From positions 1-21,125 of the forward strand of contig JAOPTW010000001.1 in NCBI GenBank assembly GCA_051532035.1: a stretch of DNA of 21,125 bases, given 5' to 3'. Every line of letters begins with the position of its first letter. The stretch's first letter is position 1. The position numbers and the translations under genes are program-made. The notes beneath the pieces were generated by a model, which was given only the letters and a program-made list of their open reading frames with translations, ran no database searches and was not told where the DNA came from. Shown in pieces: positions 1 to 7,251 of the stretch. Source of the DNA: Fibrobacterales bacterium. Lineage in GTDB: Bacteria > Fibrobacterota > Fibrobacteria > Fibrobacterales > JAOPTW01.

Positions 1-37
1 AGTACTTCCAGGTGTTGCTGCACTTTCTGAAAAATAA
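1..37 (+). CDS. pgk: 3' end of phosphoglycerate kinase (partial, runs off window start)
   Basis: Frame from base 2 reads VLPGVAALSEK* (stop TAA 35-37). LPGVAAL is the canonical PGK C-terminus. A terminator follows, and tpiA-secG lies nearby. Confidence 0.8.
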   Translation, partial: VLPGVAALSEK

Positions 38-57
38 AAGTATTCTCTTTTAGAATT

Positions 58-90
58 AAAAGGCCAGAAGTAATACTTCTGGCCTTTTTT
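58..90 (+). terminator. Rho-independent terminator after pgk (possibly bidirectional)
   Basis: AAAAGGCCAGAAGTA-A-TACTTCTGGCCTTTT inverted repeat ending in a T6 tract, with an A-tract upstream. Confidence 0.9.
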
Positions 91-138
91 GTATTTATAG
101 GTCTTATAGATTGTTATTACAGTAAGGAATAAGTAATC

Positions 139-723
139 ATGTATCAATTCAATGAGTTTAAAAAACAGATTCAAAAGATTGGATTTCTTACAGATACTGA
201 TTGTGAACTATTTGAAAAGGACCTTAAAACGGTCTCTTTGAAAAATAAGCAGACGTATCTTGAAGAAGGAAGGACCTGTAAACGAATAGCCTTTATCGTT
301 AAAGGGGTGTTTAGGCTTTTTTATACTCATGAAGGTAAAGAAATTAGCACTCATTTTTTTAGCCCTAATCAATTTATGGCAGACTACTCTAGTTTTTTAA
401 CTCAGCAACCCTCTAAATATTCCATTCAAGCTCTATCAGATGCAGAATTAATCGTTTTTAATGTCGAAACATTGCAAGCGGCATATTTGGCTTCGCATAA
501 TTGGGAACGGTTTGGTAGGGTGATGGCAGAACAAAGCTTTATTCATACTCTACATCGTTCAGAATCATTTCTATTTATGAGTGCTGAAGAACGTTATCTC
601 GATTTTGAAATTAAATATCCAGAATTGTTACAAGTAATACCAGGCTATCACATAGCTTCGTTCATTGGAGTAGAACGGGAGTCTCTGAGTAGAATTAAGA
701 AAAAAATATCAGGAATAAAGTGA
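139..723 (+). CDS. Crp/Fnr family transcriptional regulator (cNMP-binding domain + HTH, Bacteroidota-type)
   Basis: Motifs FIVKGVFRLFY, F..DYSSFLTQQPS.YSIQAL, SAEERY..F...YP.L and C-terminal IASFIGVERESLSRIKK. RBS AAGGAA at 124-129. Confidence 0.92.
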   Translation: MYQFNEFKKQIQKIGFLTDTDCELFEKDLKTVSLKNKQTYLEEGRTCKRIAFIVKGVFRLFYTHEGKEISTHFFSPNQFMADYSSFLTQQPSKYSIQALSDAELIVFNVETLQAAYLASHNWERFGRVMAEQSFIHTLHRSESFLFMSAEERYLDFEIKYPELLQVIPGYHIASFIGVERESLSRIKKKISGIK

Positions 724-763
724 TCTAGGTTAATTTTTATAGTTGATCAACTCGCTAGATTTG
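720..763 (+). promoter_or_regulatory. Putative Crp/Fnr box plus TAnnTTTG-type promoter for the downstream lipoprotein
   Basis: GTGAT-CTAG-GTTAA (720-733) is a degenerate TTGAT-N4-ATCAA. Perfect palindrome AGTTGATCAACT at 741-752. TAGATTTG at 756-763. Confidence 0.45.
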
Positions 764-794
764 ATATCAGTTAATTTACCAAAAGGAAACTGAT

Positions 795-1418
795 ATGAAA
801 ACAATACTTTCATGTATAATAGGACTTGCACTACTGAGTGGTTGTTCGAATACTCATACATCTGTAATGCCTCTTACCAACTCTGTTAATAGTACTGCAC
901 CTTATACCATTGTTTGGAATGGTACAAGTAAGGCGTGGCGTTATGTTGAGGGAGAGTGGCAGCGTGATGTTACATATGATTACTTATTCAATGTAGTTCA
1001 ACGTCGGTATGCGACGGTATGGAAATCTACGAAACACCTTCACAGACTTCATTCGGATTATGACGGAGTAGCTGGTGAGAGAGACCAAAATATGTACTTT
1101 GAGATCAAGTACCGTGACTCTATGAAGAACTCACTTATTTCAAAAATCAAATCTTCATTAGGGGTTGGGAGTGGTATTTCAGATAAAGGATTTAATGAGC
1201 AGACGATAGAGATTGAGCTAAAAAATATTAGTAGCTTTGCTCCTTATTCTCATATACGGATAACCCAACAGTATCAATATGCGAAAGGGAGGTTAATAGA
1301 GTTGGTAGAACTCTATAAGAGAGAAGGAAATGTCGAACATCCTTTTATGAAGATGGAGGAAGAGGCAGATATATATATCAAATCTACATTACCTCAATCT
1401 CCTATGATCTGGAAATAA
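795..1418 (+). CDS. Lipoprotein of unknown function (predicted beta-rich)
   Basis: RBS AAGGA at 783-787. Signal MKTILSCIIGLALLSG|C with lipobox LSGC. Mature part has many alternating-polarity strand-like segments. Confidence 0.8.
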   Translation: MKTILSCIIGLALLSGCSNTHTSVMPLTNSVNSTAPYTIVWNGTSKAWRYVEGEWQRDVTYDYLFNVVQRRYATVWKSTKHLHRLHSDYDGVAGERDQNMYFEIKYRDSMKNSLISKIKSSLGVGSGISDKGFNEQTIEIELKNISSFAPYSHIRITQQYQYAKGRLIELVELYKREGNVEHPFMKMEEEADIYIKSTLPQSPMIWK

Positions 1419-1574
1419 TTAAATAGTATACTGTGTAATGGATAAAGTCGAGTAGCACTGGGTCGCCTTCTTCAAGTTTGAGCTTTCTTCCTTCGCGCCC
1501 AATATACATGGGTTCATCAAGGAATGCTAGAGAATCAGAGTGGTGGAGGCAAGAAGTGTTGCATTGGTGTTATT

Positions 1575-1634
1575 AAAAAAAGCTATACACACTCTCAGTG
1601 ATACAATTTTCGATTGTACCACTGAGAGTGTGTA
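1575..1634 (-). terminator. Long hairpin terminator of the nfnAB operon
   Basis: 22-bp inverted repeat 1586-1607/1613-1634. Its single mismatch becomes a G-U pair on the minus-strand RNA. A U7 tract (A 1575-1581) follows, and the hairpin lies just past the stop at 1652. Confidence 0.75.
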
Positions 1635-1651
1635 ATAAATTTGGCTATGTA

Positions 1652-3169
1652 TTAATGTAATGAATCCGCTAGAAGATCATTGATACTCTGAGCTGCAATT
1701 TGCCCTTGGCCCATTGCTTCGATTATTGTTGCCGCCCCGGTAACAATATCACCGCCCGCATATACTCCATCCATAGAAGTCTTAAGATTGTCATCGACCT
1801 TTAGGGTTTTCCATTTGGTGAGTTCAAGCTCTGGAGTTGTTTGAGCGATAAGTGGGTTGCTACTATTGCCAATAGCAATTATCACTGTATCGATTTCAAT
1901 TTTAAAGTCACTATTATCAATAGCTACAGGACGCCTTCGGCCAGAATCATCAGGTTCGCCAAGTTCATAGCGAACGCATTTTAAATGTGTTGCTACTCCT
2001 GAATTATCAGTAATGATCTCAGTTGCATTTTGTAAAAAACAAAAATTAATGCGCTCCTCTTTTGCATGGGCAATCTCTTCATTTCGGGCAGGCATCTCAG
2101 CTTCAGTACGGCGATAGATTACATTAACTTCTTCTGCACCCAGCCGAATTGCAACTCGTGCTGCATCCATGGCCACATTACCACCACCAAGAACCGCAAC
2201 TTTTTTAGAATCATACATTGGAGTGTCTGAGAGTTCAGTATCATACCCATGCATAAGATTAGCTCGAGTAAGGTATTCATTGGCAGTAAAGACACCAACT
2301 GCATCTTCTCCAGAGATTCCCATGAAGTTGGGGAGGCCGGCTCCTGAGCCGATAAAGAGCGCGTCAAAGCCATCATGTTCAAGCATATCTTTGATTTTTC
2401 GAGTTCGGCCAACAACAAAATTTTTCACTATCTGTATGCCTATCTCTTCCAAAGCAGAGAGTTCATGGTCAATAATAGAGTTAGGGAGGCGAAACTCCGG
2501 TATACCATACCGCATAACTCCCCCCAATTTGTGAAATGCTTCATAAAGAACTACAGTGTGGCCTTCTTTTCGGCAATCTACAGCAGTCATGAGACTTGCA
2601 GGGCCTGAACCTACAATAGCGATTTTTTTGCCTGTCTCTTCAGGTATTTCAGGAAGAATTGTTTGACCTGTTTTACGTTCCCAGTCAGCTGCAAAGCGTT
2701 CAAGGTGACCGATAGAAACGGATTGCTCTAGATCTTTTAACGATTTCCCGGTAGTACAGCGTTTTTGACACTGTTGTTCTTGAGGGCACACCCTTCCACA
2801 GATTTCTGGGAGTAGAGATTGGTTCTTGATTACCCGTGAAGCCTCGACAAAAGAGCCTTGTGCAATTTGGTCAATAAAGCCTGGGATATCTATATGTACA
2901 GGGCAATCCGCTACACAAGGAGGGTTTTTACATTGGAGGCATCGCATTGCTTCGAGTCGAGCTTGTTCAGGAGTAAAATCAAGCGTGACTTCAGTCATGG
3001 AACAGATTCGTTCCTTAGCTGGTTGAACGGGGATTTCCTGACAAGGGATGGCGAGTCGATCTTTTACAGTAATTTTATCTTTCGTTATTAAAAATTTTAA
3101 GAGAACACCTGCATCATGGCCTAGTTCTTCATGGGTATGGTGTTTGATCGGGGTATGAGTCGTGTTCAT
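1652..3169 (-). CDS. nfnB: NfnB/SudA-type flavo-iron-sulfur subunit (GltD/GltA-like NADPH-dependent oxidoreductase)
   Basis: Fe-S motifs CLQCKNPPCVADCP and CGRVCPQEQQCQKRC, IGHLERF, FAD site GSGPAS, YGIPEFRLP, NADPH site GGGNVAMD..YRRT, and AGGDIVTGAATII. Start overlaps the nfnA stop. Confidence 0.88.
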   Translation of the reverse strand: MNTTHTPIKHHTHEELGHDAGVLLKFLITKDKITVKDRLAIPCQEIPVQPAKERICSMTEVTLDFTPEQARLEAMRCLQCKNPPCVADCPVHIDIPGFIDQIAQGSFVEASRVIKNQSLLPEICGRVCPQEQQCQKRCTTGKSLKDLEQSVSIGHLERFAADWERKTGQTILPEIPEETGKKIAIVGSGPASLMTAVDCRKEGHTVVLYEAFHKLGGVMRYGIPEFRLPNSIIDHELSALEEIGIQIVKNFVVGRTRKIKDMLEHDGFDALFIGSGAGLPNFMGISGEDAVGVFTANEYLTRANLMHGYDTELSDTPMYDSKKVAVLGGGNVAMDAARVAIRLGAEEVNVIYRRTEAEMPARNEEIAHAKEERINFCFLQNATEIITDNSGVATHLKCVRYELGEPDDSGRRRPVAIDNSDFKIEIDTVIIAIGNSSNPLIAQTTPELELTKWKTLKVDDNLKTSMDGVYAGGDIVTGAATIIEAMGQGQIAAQSINDLLADSLH

Positions 3170-4020
3170 ATTAGCCCTGCTTTTTTGCTATCAGGTGACT
3201 CTTTAGGTAATCTACAGGAGTGCCCTTTCTCTTGCTTTTTAAAAGTGTTAAGCCGTGCATTCATATTGCCCCATTCAACAGTGTGGCCATTAAATTCAGG
3301 ACCATCAACACAAACAAATTTTGTGGTACCATCTACGGTTACACGGCATCCGCCGCACATTCCTGTTCCATCGATCATGATACTGTTTAAAGAGACAACG
3401 GTAGTGATGTCAAAAGGGCGGGTAACGTTACAGCAAGCTTGCATCATTGGAGCTGGTCCAATGGCAATGACTAGATCGGGTTTATTTTCAGTGCATATTT
3501 GAGTTAACGGTTCAGTTACAAAACCTTTGTGGCCTACAGAGCCATCATCACTACAGAGAATGACAGAATCACTAATAGCATTCATCTCATCGGTATAAAA
3601 GAGTCGATCTTTAGATTGCGCACCAATGATTGTAGTGATAGTGTTTCCGGCTGCATGGAGTGCTTGGGTAATAGGGAACAGGGGGGCGATTCCAATGCCG
3701 CCTCCGATACATACTATATGGCCGACTTTTTCAATGTGTGTTGGGGTGCCAAGAGGGCCGACAATTACGGGAACTTCGTCACCGACATTTAAACGGCTTA
3801 ATTTACGAGTGGTATTACCGGCTGTTTGGAAAATAATCGAAATAGTACCATTTTCTACAGAGGCGTCAGCTATAGTAAGGGGGATTCTTTCTCCATATTC
3901 TGTATTGAGTTGCAAAAGAATAAATTGCCCTGGTTCTCTTTCTCGTGCGATAAGAGGGGCGTAAATAGTAAACAAGAAGATCTCAGCTGAGAGCTGTTTT
4001 TTGGATAAAATGTTGTGCAT
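3166..4020 (-). CDS. nfnA: NfnA/SudB-type ferredoxin-NADP reductase-like subunit (FAD/NAD, [2Fe-2S])
   Basis: Motifs PGQFI..GERIPLTIAD, VGPLGTP, GGGIGIAP, IGPAPMM and DGTGMCGGC..CVDGPEF. Start re-called at ATG 4020 (MHNILSKKQL) with AGGA 5 nt upstream, rather than 4125. Confidence 0.9.
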   Translation of the reverse strand: MHNILSKKQLSAEIFLFTIYAPLIAREREPGQFILLQLNTEYGERIPLTIADASVENGTISIIFQTAGNTTRKLSRLNVGDEVPVIVGPLGTPTHIEKVGHIVCIGGGIGIAPLFPITQALHAAGNTITTIIGAQSKDRLFYTDEMNAISDSVILCSDDGSVGHKGFVTEPLTQICTENKPDLVIAIGPAPMMQACCNVTRPFDITTVVSLNSIMIDGTGMCGGCRVTVDGTTKFVCVDGPEFNGHTVEWGNMNARLNTFKKQEKGHSCRLPKESPDSKKAGLI

Positions 4021-4240
4021 TAAAATCCTAATCGGAGTTAGTGGTATGTTTATCAGTGGGTAGAGTCCACCGCCGAATAAACATAGTAAAAGAGACATAA
4101 AATTGATAGATGCTTCAAATTTCAAAATATCTCAAGGCTAATTGTATCTCACTCACTTCAGTAGTTATTTTAGGTGCGTTTAGAACATATGAAAATGGTT
4201 AAAAATTTAAATATTCCCTTTAAAAATCGTGGGGCATACT

Positions 4241-4248
4241 TATATTTG
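4241..4248 (+). promoter_or_regulatory. Candidate -10 element (TATATTTG) for tpiA-secG-tRNA
   Basis: TATATTTG lies about 27 nt upstream of the tpiA ATG. The same octamer precedes psd. Confidence 0.45.
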
Positions 4249-4274
4249 TCTCGACCTAATAACAAGGATTGACC

Positions 4275-5039
4275 ATGAGACAATACGTAATAGCTGGTAA
4301 CTGGAAAATGAATTTAACAGTTGCACAATCTGTAGAGCTTGCGAAAGAGATCGTTGAAGCTGCTAAAGATATCAAAAAAGCAACCGTAGTTATCACTCCC
4401 ACATTTCTTGCGACTGCAAAGGTTGCAGACGTAGTGAAAGGTACTAATGTTAAATTGGCTGTTCAAGATATTCACTGGGAAGATCAGGGTGCATACACTG
4501 GTAAGATTTCAGTAGATATGGTTAAAGATTTAGGTGTAGAATTTGTGATTATTGGTCACTCTGAGCAACGTCAATATTTTGGCGAAACTGATGAGTCAAT
4601 CAATAAAAAAGTAAAGAAAGTACTCGAAGCTGGTCTTACTCCAATCGTATGTATTGGTGAGACTCTTGAAGAAAGAGAGGGTGGCAAACTTGAGTCTACT
4701 TTAAAAACTCAAATTACTGGATCATATGCAGGGATTTCTGCAGACGATGTTGCAAAAACTGTTGTAGCATACGAGCCGGTTTGGGCAATTGGTACTGGTG
4801 TAACTGCTTCTGATGAGCAAGCACAAGATACTCAAAAATTTGTAAGAAGCGTAATAGCTGAAATGAGCGGTGACGTTGTAGCAAATGGCATTACAATTCA
4901 GTATGGTGGATCAATGAAACCAGCAAATGCTGAAGGTCTTCTTTCACAAGATGACATAGATGGTGGATTAATTGGTGGTGCAGCCTTGAAAGCAGACATG
5001 TTTTTAGGTATTATTGAAGCCGCAGAAAAAAATTCTTAA
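4275..5039 (+). CDS. tpiA: Triosephosphate isomerase
   Basis: Motifs AGNWKMN, GHSEQR, AYEPVWAIGTG, YGGSMKP and DGGLIGGAAL. ATG 4275 has RBS AAGGA at 4264-4268 and is preferred to TTG 4269. Confidence 0.98.
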   Translation: MRQYVIAGNWKMNLTVAQSVELAKEIVEAAKDIKKATVVITPTFLATAKVADVVKGTNVKLAVQDIHWEDQGAYTGKISVDMVKDLGVEFVIIGHSEQRQYFGETDESINKKVKKVLEAGLTPIVCIGETLEEREGGKLESTLKTQITGSYAGISADDVAKTVVAYEPVWAIGTGVTASDEQAQDTQKFVRSVIAEMSGDVVANGITIQYGGSMKPANAEGLLSQDDIDGGLIGGAALKADMFLGIIEAAEKNS

Positions 5040-5055
5040 TTGTAGGAATCAATAA

Positions 5056-5397
5056 ATGTTTTGGGTATTAATTGCAGTTCACGTTTTGTTATGCGCATTT
5101 CTAGTATTACTAGTGCTCGTACAAAGCGATAAAGGTGGAGGACTCGGTTCTCTAGCTGGTGGGATGGGTAACAATAATGCGCTTGCAGGTGCAGGTGCAG
5201 AGACATTCATCCAGAAGTTGACAAAATGGGTCGCAATTACCTTTATGGTAGTAGTATTTGCCCTAAACATGATGGCTGTTGGTGCTGAACAAACTGTTCA
5301 GAAGTCAGAGCTTAAAGATAGTGTTGGTCTTGGGGATGCACTTCCTCAAGCGGAAACACAACAACCTGTTGCTATTGATACCACATTAGCCAAATAA
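5056..5397 (+). CDS. secG: Preprotein translocase subunit SecG
   Basis: Two TM helices flank LVLVQSDKGGGL and a Gly-rich linker, followed by FIQKLT. Conserved tpiA-secG-tRNA-Leu order. Confidence 0.93.
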   Translation: MFWVLIAVHVLLCAFLVLLVLVQSDKGGGLGSLAGGMGNNNALAGAGAETFIQKLTKWVAITFMVVVFALNMMAVGAEQTVQKSELKDSVGLGDALPQAETQQPVAIDTTLAK

Positions 5398-5415
5398 CAG
5401 GTACATAAAGATTTT

Positions 5416-5499
5416 GCTCAGGTGGTGGAATTGGTAGACACGTTACCTTGAGGGGGTAGTGGGCTTCGGCCCGTGGAGGTTCAAGTCCTCTCCTGAGCA
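5416..5499 (+). tRNA. tRNA-Leu (anticodon GAG), CCA not encoded
   Basis: Acceptor GCTCAGG/CCTGAGC+A, D-arm GTGGAATTGGTAGACAC, anticodon loop TTGAGGG, long variable arm GGGCTTCGGCCC, T-loop TTCAAGT. Followed by CTC instead of CCA. Confidence 0.97.
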
Positions 5500-5504
5500 C
5501 TCTC

Positions 5505-5537
5505 AAAAAAGCCTTTCTCTTAGAGAAAGGCTTTTTT
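5505..5537 (+). terminator. Rho-independent (bidirectional-type) terminator after tRNA-Leu
   Basis: AAAAAA-GCCTTTCTC-TTA-GAGAAAGGC-TTTTTT. Confidence 0.92.
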
Positions 5538-5714
5538 CTTTTAAAGCTATAACTGAATAAACTTCTTATGTAGCTTCGTTCTCTTATTCTAAAGAAGAAC
5601 ATATCAGATGTTAATACCGAAATTATTCAATATCCTAAAATTAGACAACTAATTATAGGTGTACCTTCTAAAGGGGATATTCAATTTTTAGATGTTTTTT
5701 GGATTCCCACTAAT

Positions 5715-5786
5715 TTATTGAAATGTGTTCAATAACATAATTTTTTCTTTAATGGTATAATTGAGATAACAACATAGCCAGGAGGT
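5715..5786 (+). promoter_or_regulatory. Extended -10 promoter, inverted repeat and strong RBS upstream of the CsgG-like gene
   Basis: TTATTGAA-N5-TTCAATAA at 5715-5735, TG-G-TATAAT at 5753-5761, AGGAGGT at 5780-5786. Confidence 0.55.
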
Positions 5787-5789
5787 ATC

Positions 5790-7088
5790 ATGAATATCAA
5801 CAGGTTATACAGCATAGTGAGTAGTATAGTGTTTATTGCATTGGGAAATAATATTTTCGGTGCAGGGTTGCTTGATAGTACTAAAATCACCAATGTGGCA
5901 GTTCTGCCATTCACCTCAACACAATTAAGCGGTGATTTACTTAATAGTATAACATTAAAATTGATGAGTGAATTAAATCAACATCATACATACAGAGTTA
6001 TGGAGCGGACTCTCATGAATGAAATTCTAGCAGAACAAGGGTTTCAGCAAAGTGGGGCATGTGATGAATCTGAATGCGCAATAGAGATTGGACGGCTTGT
6101 AGCTGTCGATAAAATTATTGCAGGCACTGTCTCGCACATAGGCAATGTGTTTATGCTCAATGTTCAAATTGTAGACCTTGAATCTGGACGTAATGAAATG
6201 ATCATCACTCGTGAATACGATGGTCCAGCGTCTTTTTTAATATCCGAATTTATCCCTACTATTGGCCGTGAACTATCAGGAGTAAAACAGATGACTCAAA
6301 AGAGTACACTTAAAGACCCAGGGGATGCTTTTTTGTATGCGAGTGTCGCATCATTTTTAAAGTTGAGGAATAATAGAATTGCTTTTGGAAGATATCTTGC
6401 CAAACCTGGCTCCCAACTTGTTTTTAAAATAGTGATAAAACGCTCTAATAATATTAGATACACTGCTCAAGTAGGAAAGATTGTTGCACAATCTATAGTA
6501 GAAAATAGCTCTGGTGTCATAGCGCGATCGAGCTATGAAGGTGATCTATTTATATTCGAGGTGGCTTATGGAAAAGATCGAAAAAATAATAGAGTTGGAT
6601 ATACTATGGCTATTGTGAGACATGGGGTTATTGAGAAAAAACAGTATGTTGGAAAGTTGGATGAAATAGCAATTGATCAATTCCACGTGAGTGACATAAG
6701 ATTTTCTCCATTCAATCAAGTTCTTGCTGGGGCAATTTTGCCTGGAATTCCTCAGTTTGCCCAAGAGAGGCGTGCAAAAGGTCTTCTTATTGGGCTTATG
6801 TTTTGGGGAAGTGCTGGAGCTACCTATTTTTATTTTGATTCATTTAAAAAGTCTCGCGTAGAGTATAAGGAACTTAATGGTGTGAATCAGGTAGAAAAAG
6901 ATCGAGCATACCAATCTTATCAAACCAATAAAGATCGCCTTTTATACGCTTCGATAGCAACAGGTGTGAGTTATTTGCTTAACCTTATAGATCTGGGTGT
7001 TAATACCGAAGGGGTTAATAGGTATAATAGATTCCGATGGAGAATTAGTGCGGACGCTCACCGTTTTGTATTAGAAGGGGACTTCTAG
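5790..7088 (+). CDS. Secreted CsgG/HfaB-domain protein with DUF5683-like C-terminal membrane region
   Basis: Signal-like N-terminus. VAVLPF..RVMER..NEILAEQGFQQSGACDESECAIEIGRLVAVDKIIAG..VQIVDLESG is typical of CsgG/HfaB/TolB_N-like domains. The C-terminus has AILPGIPQF, two hydrophobic helices and a terminal Phe. Confidence 0.75.
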   Translation: MNINRLYSIVSSIVFIALGNNIFGAGLLDSTKITNVAVLPFTSTQLSGDLLNSITLKLMSELNQHHTYRVMERTLMNEILAEQGFQQSGACDESECAIEIGRLVAVDKIIAGTVSHIGNVFMLNVQIVDLESGRNEMIITREYDGPASFLISEFIPTIGRELSGVKQMTQKSTLKDPGDAFLYASVASFLKLRNNRIAFGRYLAKPGSQLVFKIVIKRSNNIRYTAQVGKIVAQSIVENSSGVIARSSYEGDLFIFEVAYGKDRKNNRVGYTMAIVRHGVIEKKQYVGKLDEIAIDQFHVSDIRFSPFNQVLAGAILPGIPQFAQERRAKGLLIGLMFWGSAGATYFYFDSFKKSRVEYKELNGVNQVEKDRAYQSYQTNKDRLLYASIATGVSYLLNLIDLGVNTEGVNRYNRFRWRISADAHRFVLEGDF

Positions 7089-7251
7089 AAGTCTGTGATA
7101 TTGTTTGAAAAATTATCAGATACTATCCAGTAGCAGAGCATCTCTTCTGAACCGGTTAAGATTTTATATATTTGCCCTGTAAGGTAGCTTAGATTGTTTC
7201 ACTCTATTCAAGTTACGATGTAAAAAAAATTATATCTAGTAAGGAAATGTT

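Noticed and set aside
1652..3169. Annotation as glutamate synthase small subunit (gltD)
   Set aside because: No large subunit is adjacent, and the gene is coupled to an NfnA-type partner, so NfnB fits better.
4056..4120. Fluoride-riboswitch-like words (GAGTCCACC..ATAAAC) on the + strand
   Set aside because: The 3' TGATGACTCCTAC-type element is missing and no fluoride-related gene follows.
4021..4260. Rex operator upstream of nfnAB
   Set aside because: I found no TTGTGAA-N4-TTCACAA-like palindrome.
5372..5602. 76-aa minus-strand ORF
   Set aside because: It is the antisense reading of tRNA-Leu and its terminator.
5609..7010. 13-bp direct repeat TGTTAATACCGAA at 5609 and 6998 as possible att or target-site duplication
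   Set aside because: The second copy is inside the CDS, it is unrelated to the tRNA 3' end, and repeats of this length are expected by chance in 21 kb of AT-rich DNA.
5416..7250. Integrative element at tRNA-Leu
   Set aside because: I saw no integrase and no duplicated tRNA 3' end in the window.
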